DNA of 64,000 bases from Octopus vulgaris (lineage: Eukaryota): positions 70,060,001 to 70,124,000 of the forward strand of contig OX597827.1 in assembly GCA_951406725.2 (NCBI GenBank), given 5' to 3'. The notes under the pieces were generated by a model. The model was not told the DNA's origin and did no database searches. It was given only the letters and a program-made list of their open reading frames with translations. Shown here in pieces: positions 1 to 12,755 of this stretch. Made by a program: the position numbers and the translations under genes. How positions within the stretch are numbered: position 1 is the first letter of the stretch; each line of letters opens with the position of its first letter.

Positions 1-120
1 CACACCAGAAAAATCAGCAACAACATAGAGATGATGGCAGCAACAACAACGACAACACTAATTACAACAACAATAACAACGATGATGACGACAAAAGTAA
101 CAGCGATAATAGCAACAGCA

Positions 121-560
121 GTGGAGGCGCAATGGCCCAGTGGTTAGGGCAGCGGACTCGCGGTCGTAAGAGCGCGATTTCGATTCCCAGACCGGGCAGT
201 GTGAGTGTTTATTGAGCAAAAATACCTATTTCTTTATTACCCACAAGGGGCTAAACACAGAGGGGACAAACAAGGACAGACATAGGTATTAAGTCGATTA
301 CATCGACCCCAGTGCGTAACTGGTACTTAATTTATCGACCCCGAAAGGATGAAAGGCTAAGTCGACCTCAGCGGAATTTGAACTCTCAACGTAACGCAGA
401 CGAAATACCGCTAAGCATTTCGCCCGGCGTGCTAACGTTTCTGCCAGCTCACCGCCTTATTGAGCAAAAACACCTAAGCTCCACGAGGCTCCGGCGGATG
501 AGTGGGTGAGTTAACCCCGCTGTACTCTTTCACCACAACTTTCTCTCACTCTTTCTTCCT
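121..560 (+). mobile_element. tRNA-derived SINE (family C) interrupted by a nested SINE
   Basis: A box TGGCCCAGTGG and B-box-like TTTCGATTCCC. Same family at 7364-7725 (-) and 61070-61452 (-). Confidence 0.8.
229..456 (-). mobile_element. SINE family B nested in family C, with ~20-bp TSD
   Basis: Flanked by ttattgagcaaaaa(t/c)accta at 209-228 and 457-476. Carries the GCCTTTCATCCTTTCGGGGTCGATAAATTAAGTACCAG-type core resembling MetaSINE/Sauria-type central domains. Confidence 0.8.
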
Positions 561-859
561 ACTTCTGTCACAAAGCAGTGGAACCATGGTGTAACCCACT
601 ATGGTGTGGTAAAACTTTCAGACCCTAGTCTAGATTGCGAATCCTCTGTACCCCAAGATGGTTCAGCTCTCCACCCGTTAAAAAGCCACCGTTTACGGAA
701 GGAGGATAACAACGAGGCTTTCGCGCCCGTTCAACCGCCAGTTGTATCGCGTGTGGTGGGTGGATCTTCAAGTTGCTGCACGCATTCTTAGTAGCTTAGA
801 GTAGGCTCGAATTAGAGATTATTCTTTGTGGCTAATGGCGTGAGTCCTGATTGGACGAA

Positions 860-1255
860 GAAGAAGGTGTCTTCTACTATAGCCACGAGCTGATAAAAAC
901 CTGGCGAATGGATTTGATAGACGGAAACTGAAAGAATCCCATCGCATATGTGTGCATGCGTATGTGTGTGTATCTGTGTGTGCATGCGTATGTGTGTATG
1001 TATGTGTGTGTATTAGTATATGTTTGATGAATGTCTTTGTGTATTTCTTTGTCGCCCAGCACTGCTTGACAACCGGCGTTGGTTTGTTTCCACCCCTCCC
1101 CCCATAACTTAGAAGTTTGACAAAAAGAGACCGATAGAGTAAGTACCACACTTAACAGGAAAAAAGTGCTGGGGCCGATTTGCTCGACTAAACCGTTCAA
1201 GGCGGTGCTCCAGCACGGCCGCAGTCCAATGAGGGGAAACAAGTAGAAGATAGAC
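860..1255 (+). mobile_element. SINE family A, 5'-truncated
   Basis: Matches the body and tail of the 6244-6745 copy. Confidence 0.7.
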
Positions 1256-1319
1256 GAGGAAAAAAACAACAACAGCATCTTCCAGAAAAAAAAACTGCTG
1301 AGAATGCAACAAGGACGAA

Positions 1320-1780
1320 AATAGCAACAACAACAACAACAACGATTACAACATCAGTAAAAACAACAGCTGTAACAGCAGCAACAGCAGCAGCAGCAGC
1401 AACAGCAGCAACAGCAGCAGCAACAGCAGCAACAGCAGCAGCAGCAGTAGCAGCAGAGGCTGGAGAATATATGGAAGCTGCAACGTAAGCAAAAATAGCA
1501 ACGGTAGGCCCATTTCAGCAGTCACAGCAGCACCCGTGTCATCAACAACAACAACAACAACAATAAACAAACAAACAAACAAACAAACAAAGAAGACAGC
1601 AACAACAATAGCAACAGTGGCAACACCACCCCACCCCCAATAACAGAGACTGCAAAAAGAAGAGGTTGGAGGACAGATGGAAATTTGCAACATAAGCTAA
1701 AATCGCAACATACCGCAATTTTTTGCACTGACTTGAATTACAGCAAAAGCAAAGTCAACAACGAGAACAACGACGACATC

Positions 1781-1828
<48 letters not shown>

Positions 1829-2625
1829 AATAATAATAATAATAATAACAATAACAACAATAATAACAATAACAACAACAGCAACAACAACAACAACAAT
1901 AATAATAATAATAACAATAATAATAACAACAACAACAACAACAACAATAATAATAACAACAACAACAACAACAACAACAATAATAATAATAACAACAATA
2001 ATAACAATAACAACAACAGCAACAATAATAATAATAATAATAATAATAACAATAATAATAATAATAATAACAATAACAACAACAATAATAACAATAACAA
2101 CAACAGCAACAACAACAACAATAATAGTAATAATGATAATAATAATAGCAGACGTTGAAGGACAGATGCAAATTGCAATATAAACAAAAATAGCAACAGG
2201 AATTTAGAGAAGCGACGAAGATGACAGCAGCAGCAGCAACAACAACAACTACCACTACTACTGCTTCTGTCACAACTACTGCAACAACAACAACAACAAC
2301 AGCAGCAACAACGAAGACTGCAAGCACTACAGTAGCAACCGCAGTTACAACAACAAGAACAAGAGCGGCAGCAGCGGCAGCAGCAGCAGCAAGGACGACG
2401 ACGATGACAGCGGCGGCGGCGACGGAAGCGGCGACGGCGGCGGCGACAATAGCGGCGGCGGCGGAGGCGGCAACAACAACAACAGCAGAGGTGGGAAGAC
2501 ATAAAAATTGCAACGTAAACGGGGAAAAAAAAAAAATAAATAAAAAACACAGCATCAACAGTCGCTTTTGCGGTGACTTGAATTTCAACAGCAACAACAA
2601 CATCAACTGCAACATCAATAACATT
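1320..2625. repeat. Compound trinucleotide repeats (CAG, AAC/AAT, GCG)
   Basis: Seen directly. About 370 bp of AAC/AAT at 1780-2147. Confidence 0.95.
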
Positions 2626-2720
2626 AACTGAAGGACTGATGGTCATGGCAATTAGGGACGTCTTCGGGAGCATGTGGTGGTCCCGGATGCTGTATCGGAA
2701 AATGAAATGTGTCCCTAGAC

Positions 2721-2921
2721 CAGTGGTTTTCAACCAGGGTTCCGCCAGTACAGTCCAGGGGTTCCGCAAGAAGTTACAAAAATGCTAAAATCGACAGTAA
2801 TTTTTAATTCTCCTGTGCAGATATGTGTGTATAAGACAATTAAATTATTGCACAGGGGTTCCTCGAGCCAGTGGAATGTTTCCTTGGGGTTCCGCTCCAG
2901 CAAAAAGGTTGAAAAGCACTG
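2721..2921. mobile_element. hAT-type MITE
   Basis: TIRs CAGTGGTTTTCAACC / GGTTGAAAAGCACTG and 8-bp TSD CCCTAGAC. Second copy at 26073-26655. Confidence 0.85.
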
Positions 2922-2980
2922 CCCTAGACACCATCGAAATATAAGGAAACTATATTGTGACAAAATATAACGTTTACGAC

Positions 2981-3256
<276 letters not shown>

Positions 3257-3264
3257 AGTTAACA

Positions 3265-3468
3265 GATAATAACTTGATTATATGAGGATAGAAATAAACC
3301 TTCTTTTCTATAATGTTTTTCAATAACGCCACCTTCAGCTTCAACAACTGCTTCTATGTGAGATCTAAATCATCTACATGCTCGAATCAAGTGGTCCTGG
3401 TTCGTTTTGGACATTATTCTGACTATGGCAGCTTTCAAAGAAACTTCGGTGTTTTGGGTGTGTTCATT

Positions 3469-3525
<57 letters not shown>

Positions 3526-4035
3526 AACGCTCCACATGTAATAGTTCAATGGATTGAGATCTGGGGAATTAGGAAGCCAAATGTTAAGGGTTATGTGATC
3601 AGGAAAATTTTCAGCCATCCATTCCTGTGTTACTAGAGCCATGTGTGATAGTGCAGAGTCTTACTGAAACACATATGACCTTCCATTGCATATACTGTCT
3701 ATTCAGGGCTTCACAATTATTTCCAGGGTCCCAATGTAGGCGACAGAGTTAAATATAAGGCCTTGTGAAAAGAAGCAAGGAGGCATCACATGTCCTTCAT
3801 TGTTGAGAACTACTAAAACCATGACAGTTGCAGGAAATTCTGTATGCATAACACTTGGAACTTCAGAAGGGTCTACCCATAACCATATGTCATATCTTCT
3901 GTTAACTTTTTGATCTTCGTCGAAGTTTTTCTCGTTTGAGACATATCTGATGTCTTTGTGGACAACATTTCTGACTGTTCCTTCTGACACATGGAGATCT
4001 TTTTCAATCGACTTTATGGATTTTCTGGGATTGTA
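3265..4035 (-). pseudogene. Degenerate Tc1/mariner (maT/DD37D-like) transposase fragment
   Basis: ORF remnants TVMV...EGHVMPP and QEWMAENFPDHI...WLPNSPDLNPLNYYMWSVVE (WPxxSPDLNP motif). Disrupted by stops/frameshifts and an internal (GA)n. Confidence 0.85.
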
Positions 4036-4586
4036 ATCAATGGAGAAACAGATAAGCCAGTTGATTTTTCAGAGCTTCCTCGTGGACGACCTCATACTTT
4101 CCCACCATTAATTTTCCGCTGACCACGTTGCCCGACTGGCAGAGGGCTGTGAGTGTCTGACACAAGGTGTCAGGCGCCCTGCCTCGATCTACTTTTGATC
4201 CAGGACTGCAGCTTAATCAAATAAACGACCTGCATAAAAGCACGTCTACAAATGGTGACCTTTCCGGCTCGACCGTCTACAAAAAGCTGGAAATGACGTA
4301 GCTTCAGCGCATGTCTGTTCATCATCAAATACATCGTCTGCCAGCGGAACACATGCTCGCTAGAGAGAGCAACAGAGCGAGATCACCATACTGGTTATCG
4401 TTGAAGAAGGCACGACCATCAGGAGATAGTAGTTAACGGATTCAATGTAGGCTTCGTCGTTTCTACCCCATTCTTGGGGTCTAGTTTCCTCTCAACCCAT
4501 TTCTGCGTATATGTATGTATGTATGAAACTATGTATATATCTATGTATGTGTGGATGTGAAACGATGTAACAACACCGGATGCGAC

Positions 4587-4705
4587 GCATGACACCTGAG
4601 GAGGCTCTTTTGCACTGTGCGTTGCATCCGGTGTTATTACATCGATCCATACAGGAAGCGAGCAGTGCAATACGAAGCCGAAACGATTGTTGTGCTTATA
4701 AATGC
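4587..4705 (+). ncRNA. Type I hammerhead ribozyme motif with extended stem II
   Basis: CAC-CUGAGGA (4596-4602), stem II GGCU...UUGCACUG / CAGUGCAA...AGCC, GAAA (4680-4683), C-GAUU-GUU, then GUG. Predicted cleavage after 4691. Confidence 0.65.
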
Positions 4706-4743
4706 TTCTAGTTACACTCTGTATTTCGTATTAATCGTTTGAA

Positions 4744-4774
<31 letters not shown>

Positions 4775-4817
4775 TGTATGTATGTATGTATGTATGTATG
4801 TATGTATGTATGTATGT

Positions 4818-5230
4818 ATGCTTTATGGAGAACTTGTGAATGGAAGGAGACTCCGGCAGAAACCAAGGCTGCGATTTAAGGACTGTGTCAAGTCCTCATT
4901 AAAGGCCTGTGATATGCAGGACACTGACTGGGAGAACAATGCCTGTCATCACCACAAATGGAGGAAGCAGGTTAAGGAGGGGATCGACACTTTTGGGAGA
5001 GCACGTATCCAGCATGAAGAACTTAAGCGAGCTGCGCGAAAGCGCTCTGCTCGTATAGTGAATGGGGAAAGCTTGGTCTGCAATGTTTGCAGTCGTGTAT
5101 GCTTGTCAAGAGCAGGGCTCATTAGCCACCAACGGAGCCGCAAATGCAAAATATAAGTTAGTCCTAGAGCACATAATGTTCCTGAAGGTCGGCAATGGTC
5201 TTCCTCGGTCACGAGTGGACGGCCATCATG
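4818..5230 (+). mobile_element. RTE-clade (BovB-like) LINE 3' end
   Basis: LYGEL..G.R....PRLRFKD.VK..LK...W...A.....W...V and a C-terminal zinc-finger-like CNVCSRVCLSRAGLISHQRS, typical of RTE ORF ends. Short 3' UTR running into a (TATG)n tail. Confidence 0.85.
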
Positions 5231-5952
5231 AATGTATGTATGTATGTATGTATGTATGTATGTATGTATGTATGTATGTATGTATGTATGTATGTATGTA
5301 TGTATGTATGTATGTATGCATGTATGTATGTATGTATGAATGTATGTATCTGTATGCGAATGTATGCATATGTGTGTATGAGTACATGTATGCATGTATA
5401 TGTGCGTGCGTATGTATGAATATGTATATACGTGTGTATGCGTACACGTATATGTACACGTATGTATGGGTATATACATATGTATGCACGTATGTACGTG
5501 TGTATGCATGTATCTGTGTGTGTGTTTGTGTGAATATGTATATAAGTACCAGTTATACACGGAAGTCTATTCATGCACGTCTACCTTTATCCTTTCCTTC
5601 GAATTGATAATCTAGAAGAAGCTCTGCAGAGAAATTAAATTACTGTTGCTAATTATTTTTCGGTTCTATCTCCACTCCAACCCTTCAAATTTCTCACTCT
5701 TCCTTATCAACAGATGTCGGAAAAGATACTGCAGTAAACAGATTGCGTGTGACAGCCGGAAATAGGGGAAACAGCAAAGCAAAAGAATAAAAGAATAAAC
5801 GTGATAAATGAATAAAGCATAACAGAAAGTATGAAAGCAAACGTGAGTGATGAGTCAACAAGGCGGTTTCTAAGCCAGACATCTGTAACCTACGGCACTT
5901 AGGCTGTTCCATACGAAATTTTTTGTTGCACGCATGTCATAGTTATATAAAC

Positions 5953-6238
5953 ACTAGTGGAGTACTTGTCGAAAATGACGGGGTTTTATGCCACACGTTC
6001 GCTGACGGTTCATGGGCCTTCCTCCGCATCAGTAATTTCTTTTGCTGCTGTCCTTGCACTCAGTCCTTATATCTACGTAATATGGTTCTAATTGCAAATT
6101 TTTCGCTACTCATTATCAAAGCTGTAAAATAAAGGAAAAAAACCCAATTAATATTTATATGTTATACATTAAAATAAAATATAAACAATTCGGCAACGAT
6201 TGGACAAGTTATATCAAATTAATAATATAACATGGAGA
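5953..6238 (-). mobile_element. Possible non-autonomous Helitron-like element
   Basis: Minus strand ends with an imperfect hairpin (CCCGTC..GACAAG) followed by CTAG-T, and starts with A-TC. Weak. Confidence 0.25.
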
Positions 6239-6243
6239 TATAG

Positions 6244-6422
6244 GGCGCAGGAGTGGCTGTGTGGTAAGTAGCTTGTTTACCAACCACATGGTTCCGGGTT
6301 CAGTCCCACTGCGTGGCACCTTGGGCAAGTGTCTTCTGCTATAGCCTTGAGCTGACCAAAGCCTTATGAGTGGATTTGGTAGACGGAAACTGAAAGAAGC
6401 CCGTCATATATATGTGTGTGTG

Positions 6423-6503
<81 letters not shown>

Positions 6504-6745
6504 GTGTATGTATGTGTTTGTGTGTTTGTGTTTGTCCCCCTAGCATTGCTTGACAACCAATGCTGGTGTGTTTATGTCCCCGTAACTTAGCGGTTCGGCA
6601 AAAGAGATCGATAGAATAAGTACTGGGCTTACAAAAGAATAAGTCCCGGGTTCGAGTTGCTCGATTAAAGGCGGTGCCCCAGCATGGCCGCAGTCAAATG
6701 ACTGAAACAAGTAAAAGAGTAAAAGAGTAAAAGAGTAAAAGAGTA
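6244..6745 (+). mobile_element. tRNA-derived SINE family A (full length) with internal microsatellite
   Basis: Head GGCGCAGGAGTGGCTGTGTGGTAAG with B box GGGTTCAGTCCC, internal (TA)n/(TG)n, and tail (GTAAAAGA)n. Other copies at about 9098-9525, 14835-15232, 23258-23633, 23891-24240, 25082-25527, 26177-26558(-), 28779-29150, 43056-43465, 45735-46088(-), 48346-48757 and 52382-52845. Confidence 0.9.
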
Positions 6746-6831
6746 TACGAGTTGTCAAAATCATTGGTGAAAATCTGAAAATACTTTTGACTCAACGTGG
6801 TATGTATTTTATACATACATACATACATACA

Positions 6832-6861
<30 letters not shown>

Positions 6862-6862
<1 letters not shown>

Positions 6863-7152
6863 TTCAAAAGATTAATACGGAGGACGAAGTGTCACTAGAA
6901 GCATTTATTAGCATAACAATCGTTTCGGCTTCGTATTGCACTGCTCGCTCCCAGTATGGATCGATGTGATAACACCTGATGCAACGCACAGTGCAAAAGA
7001 GCCTCCTCGGGTGACATGCGTTGCATCCGATGTTGTTACATCGCTTCACGCCCAATAGGGAGCAGTGCAGTATGAAGTAAGAAGCCGAAACGTTTGTTGT
7101 GCTAATAAATACTTCTAGTTAACACTCCGTCTTCCGTATTAATCTTTTAAAA
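6862..7152. mobile_element. Foldback/palindromic element with a hammerhead core in its loop
   Basis: Arms of about 130 bp (AAAAGATTAATACGG... / ...CCGTATTAATCTTTT). Its reverse complement matches 4552-4745. Confidence 0.75.
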
Positions 7153-7363
7153 TATACCCTACGTGCACCTTGAAATTCCGGGCGTAGATCCAACGACGAA
7201 CGAACAGTATCACTGATGACGCCGGGTAGCCATAAGTGGTGAACGTGCTCTCTAAACACACTACCTGGGACTTACCCTGAAACAAGGTTTGGATATTGCA
7301 TTTAATGCCTACTTTCAAAACCTTAATTCTTTAATTTTAGATTTGACTTACATATATATACAT

Positions 7364-7725
7364 GTCGTGGTACTCCGTCGGTTACGACGACGAGGGTTCC
7401 AGTTGATCCGATTAACGGAACAGCCTGCTCGTGAAATTAACGTGCAAGGGGCTGAGCACCCTACAGACACGCGTACCCTTAACGTAGTTCTCGGGGAGAT
7501 TCAGCGTGACACAGAGTGTGACAAGGCTGGCCCCTTTGAAATACAGGTACAACAGAAACAGGAAGGAAGAGCGAGAGAAAGTTGTGGTGAGAGAGTACAG
7601 CAGTGTTCGCCACCACCCCCTTCCGAAGCCTCAATAAACACTTACAACGTCCGGTCTGGGAATCGAAACCGCAATCCTACGACCGCGAGTCCGCTGCCCT
7701 AACCACTGAGCCATTGCGCTTCCAC
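7364..7725 (-). mobile_element. SINE family C
   Basis: Reverse complement of the 121-560 head; matches 61070-61452. Confidence 0.8.
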
Positions 7726-7734
7726 ATACTTATG

Positions 7735-7970
7735 TGAATGACCATAAGATTGCACCTAGAAAGTTCCCATGTTATCCAAGGGAAAGGCAAAAGGGGCCGA
7801 TACAGCTTCGCACCTGTGACGTCGCAGTTCATTTCTACAGCTGAGTGAAAACTGGAGAAACGTGAAATAAAGTGTCTTGCTCAAGAAAACAGCACACAGA
7901 CCAGTCAGGGAATCGAACTCACTACCTCATGATTGTGAGCCCAATGCGCTAACTACCTAACCACTGAGCC
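7735..7970 (-). mobile_element. SINE family D (partial)
   Basis: Reverse complement matches 19441-19778. Confidence 0.7.
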
Positions 7971-8235
7971 ACACACACACAACACATACATACTTACATA
8001 CATACGTACATACATACATACATACATACATACATACGTACATACGTACGTACGTACATACGTACGTACATACATACATACATGCATACATACATACATA
8101 CATACATACATACATACATACATACGTACGTACGTACATACATACATACATAAATACATACATACATACATACATAAATACATACATACATACATACATA
8201 CATACATACATACATACGTACGTACGTACGTACAC

Positions 8236-8307
<72 letters not shown>

Positions 8308-8347
8308 ATTAATTGCTAGACAAATTGAGAAACATAAATAGATAAAT

Positions 8348-8415
<68 letters not shown>
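7970..8415. repeat. (CATA)n / (TA)n / (GA)n microsatellites
   Basis: Seen directly. Confidence 0.95.
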
Positions 8416-8419
<4 letters not shown>

Positions 8420-8777
8420 GGACAGGCGGGTTGAACAAACCGTATATGGATGCTTGCCGTGTAAGCCGACAGCCAGCAGAGATGTATCCAGGAACACGGT
8501 GACCCATTCTGCTCTAATTGCTACCTTCTGTGCATCTATAAAGATACAAAAAAAAAAACCCCAGTAATCTTGCATGCATAATGGCTACATGTGTTTGTCG
8601 GCCAATGTAGATTTATAAATTGCACATGCATCCGTGCATGCATGCATGAACGGATGTGCAAACGCACATTGATGCTACACGTGATGCCTTGGTTTTTTCT
8701 CGATACACAGATCTATATTCCGCCCACTCAAACATACATGTCCATCGCGTACGGATATAGACACATGTATACGTATC

Positions 8778-8813
<36 letters not shown>

Positions 8814-8922
8814 CCTTCTCACACACACATACGTACGCACACGCACACAGGTATCGTCGTACGCACACATGCACGCGCGTACCCACTCACGCGTGGAATT
8901 ATATATATCTATATATATGTAA

Positions 8923-8963
<41 letters not shown>

Positions 8964-9270
8964 TCTACATTTACGCAGATATACTGACAAGTATACCTAC
9001 GCACATATACGTGCACATACATACACATACGCATACAGACGTATACATACATACATACATACATACATACATACATACATACATACATACTTACATAGGC
9101 GCAGGAGTGGCTGTGTGGTAAGTAGCTTGCTTACCAACTACATGGTTCCGGGTTCAGTCCCACAGCGTGGCACCATGGGCAAGTGTCTTCTACTATAGTC
9201 TCAGGCCGACCAAAGCCTTGTGAGTGGATTTGGTAGACGGAAACTGAAAGAAGCCCGTCGTATATATGTG

Positions 9271-9315
<45 letters not shown>

Positions 9316-9986
9316 TTGTGTGTATGTGTTTGTTGTTTGTGTTTGTCTCTCCACCATCGCTAAGCAACCGATGTTGGTGTGTTTAGCGGTTCGGCAAAAG
9401 AGTAACGATAGAATAAGTACTAGGTTTACAAAGAATAAATCCTGAGGGTCGATTTATTCAACTGAAGGTGGTGCTCCAGCATGGCCGCAGTCAAATGACT
9501 GAAACAAGTAAAAGAATAAATAAAAAAAAATACATACATACGCAGCCGCGTACACATGCATACGTGCACACAGACATACTACTTCCAGCATACACACAGA
9601 TACATACTCAAAACGAATGCATACTATGCCACATACTATTGCACGCATAAGCACTCCCACACGTGCGTACAGTAAATTGCATACACACACATACATGCAG
9701 AGAGGTACACACACATACAATCACACATGTGCACGGCTATATTCACACACACACACACACGCACACGTATATGCTTCTACACAAACATTTTACATACATG
9801 TACATATTCACACACACCTACATACCTACACACATACATCGATACCTTCATACAGAAGTTCACACACACACACACACACACACATATATACGTACGCACA
9901 CACTCACACATGCACACACGCATTATCTGCAAATGCATACGCAATATGTAAACACACCTACACACACATGTACAGTTATACACACA

Positions 9987-10425
9987 CACTATCTGCACAC
10001 ACGCACACCCACCCACACATACTTTCTGCTTACGCTCACACACGCTCTGCACACATACACTATCTGCACACACACACACGATCTGCATACACGCACACAC
10101 ACCCACACTCACACACACACACATACTATCTGCACGCACTCACACTCACACACTATCTGCACACACATACATACACTATCTGCACGCACTCACACTCACA
10201 CACTATCTGCACACACGCACACACACTCACACGTTATCTGCACACACATACATACACTATCTGCACACACACACACACGATCTGCATACACGCACACTCA
10301 CACACACATACTATCTGCACGCACTCACACTCACACATACACTATCTGAACACACATACACACACTATTTGCACACACATACACACACTATTTGCGCACA
10401 CACACACACACGCTCCATCTGCACA
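9987..10425. repeat. CA-rich minisatellite with a recurring ACTATCTGCA motif
   Basis: About a dozen (act/acg)atctgcacac units separated by variable CA runs. Confidence 0.8.
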
Positions 10426-10500
10426 CGTGAGTTCGTGCCTGACCATCACGTGCATAGCAAGACACACCACTCTCAGCTCAAACACGAGTTTCATTCACAT

Positions 10501-10543
<43 letters not shown>

Positions 10544-10547
10544 TGTT

Positions 10548-10579
<32 letters not shown>

Positions 10580-10809
10580 GTCTGTCTCTCTCTTTCGTTC
10601 AACTGCAAGGAAGAAACGGCACCGCCATCGTCGTAATAGTAGTGACAATAGTGATGCTAATAATGGTGGTGGTGGTCACATGGACAACTGTAGAGATGTT
10701 TGGTAATGGTCATATCATGGTGAGGGTGGTGGTGGTAGTAGAGGTTGTCAGCCGTGGTTGTTGTGATCGTCTGGTGGGTGGTTTATTATACGGCGAATAA
10801 GTGATCACG

Positions 10810-10826
10810 TGGTGGCGGCGGTGATA

Positions 10827-10864
<38 letters not shown>

Positions 10865-12148
10865 AATGATGATGGTGGTGGTGGTGGTGGTGATTGTAGT
10901 AATGGCGATGGTGAACGATTGTTGGTTTTATTAGCCACAGGGGCACAGATGAAGGAATGAAGATGAAGGTTGCTCTTTTTTTAGATGTTGCGGTGACGGT
11001 GACGGCGGCGGTGGTGGCTGTGGCGGTGGTGGCGACGGTGGTGGTGGTGATGGCTGTGGCGGTGGTGGTGGTGGCGACGGTGGTGGTGGTGGTGGCTGTG
11101 GCGGTGGCGGTGGTGGCGACGGTGGTGGTGGTAGCGATGGGGCTGTTGTGACGGTAGCGGTGTTGGTGTGACGGTGATGTGACGGTGATGGTGATGGTGA
11201 TGGTGGCGGAGATATTTGTTGTGGTGATGGTGATGGTGGCGGAGATATTTGTTGTGGTGATGGTGATAGTGATGGCGATGGCGATGGCGATGGCGATGTT
11301 TGCACTTCGATAGTAACGTTGCTATAAGTATTGTCCAACTCGAAATCAACCCCTGGTGGGACAAACCTCTGATCAAAAGCGTTTCAGCCATGACCATCCA
11401 ATTTTCCCCTTTGTTCCCTATGTACCTATGTACAGTAGGTACCCAAAATACCCAAGGAATATAGTACCCAACGTGTCCTTTTCTAAGTGGAGATAGGATT
11501 TAAGGAAGATATAACTGCTATTTCTAGTGCTTCGAGAGGCCACAATCTGACTCATTCGTTGTCTCGTCGTCTTCACACCACACAACGACGCCTGCACCTA
11601 GCCAATGGTTCATTTTAATAATAATCAATGTCTTTTTTTCTTCTTTTTCTGCCTTTTTTTTTTTCACATGATGGTGGAGAGAGATTTGGTTGTTGTATCT
11701 AGCAAGTCGAGCGACCACGTCAGTGAGGCTTTTATTTTTTTAGGTTGGTTCGTTGGTTGTGATGATGCGTAACGTGTGTGATGATGCTGATGATGATGAC
11801 AATGATGATGATGATGATGATGATGACGACAATGATGATGATGATGATGATGATGATGAGGGTGATGAGGAGGAAGATGAAGATGATAAAGATGAAGATG
11901 AGGAGGAGGAGAAGCATGAGGATGAAGATGATGAAGATGACGACGATGACGATGACGATGATGATGATGATGATAAGGAGGAGGAGGAAGAAGAAGTTGA
12001 TGAAGATAATGATGATGATGAGGAGGAGGAGGAGGAGAAGGAGGAGGATTAAGTTGATGATGACGACGACGACGATGACGATGATGATGATGATGAGGAG
12101 GAGAAGGAGGAGGATGAAGATGATGATGATGACGACGACGACGATGAC

Positions 12149-12207
<59 letters not shown>

Positions 12208-12520
12208 CAGTGGAGACGTCGACGCCAACGGTGATGGTAACGATGGAGACGAAGAGAATGATGACGATAACGACGACGACGGTGACGATGATGGCGGCGG
12301 CGGCGGCGACGACACCGGCAATGATGATGGTGACGACGACGACGACGACGACGAGGAAGAGGAAGACGACGATGGTGGTGGTGGTAGTGACATTGGTGGG
12401 ATGATATAACTAGTAGCAACGCTGGTGACAGTGGTGGTGCTGGCGGCGGCGGCGGCGGCGGTGGCGGCGGTGGAGGCGCTGGCGGCAGTAACGCTGGAGG
12501 TGCGGTGCAGGTGCATTTAC
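10810..12520. repeat. Compound trinucleotide low-complexity tract (GAT, GGT, GAG, GAC)
   Basis: Seen directly; purine-rich on the + strand. Confidence 0.9.
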
Positions 12521-12711
12521 TGGTGATATAAGAGAAAGAACCGATAACATTGTAACGGTCGCTGTTGTTCAGTCACAGGTGTGGCAGTAAGTGGCCGTCG
12601 TTACATGTTGTTGTTATGGCGACGTTGTTGTTATGGCGACGCAGTTGTTATGGCGACGCAGTTGTTATTGGTAACGGTTGCCATGGCCGATGTCTTCAAT
12701 TCGACTTAACA

Positions 12712-12755
12712 CTGACGAGGTCAAGTTTAGGCCGAAATATGTGAATGTAATTGAA
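12712..12755 (+). ncRNA. Degenerate minimal hammerhead motif
   Basis: CUGACGA-GGUC-aaguuua-GGCC-GAAA is intact, but no valid NUH triplet adjoins stem I. Confidence 0.4.

Noticed and set aside
1685-2769. Long poly-N/L/T/A/C ORFs
   Set aside because: Open frames produced by trinucleotide repeats; no domain or splice evidence.
7213-7255. CTGATGA-CGCC...GGTGAAC as a hammerhead
   Set aside because: Lacks GAAA and stem I complementarity.
9617-10636. 339-aa His/Thr-rich ORF
   Set aside because: Translation of a CA-rich minisatellite.
11664-12516. Poly-D/E, poly-H and poly-M ORFs
   Set aside because: Low-complexity triplet tract open in several frames on both strands.
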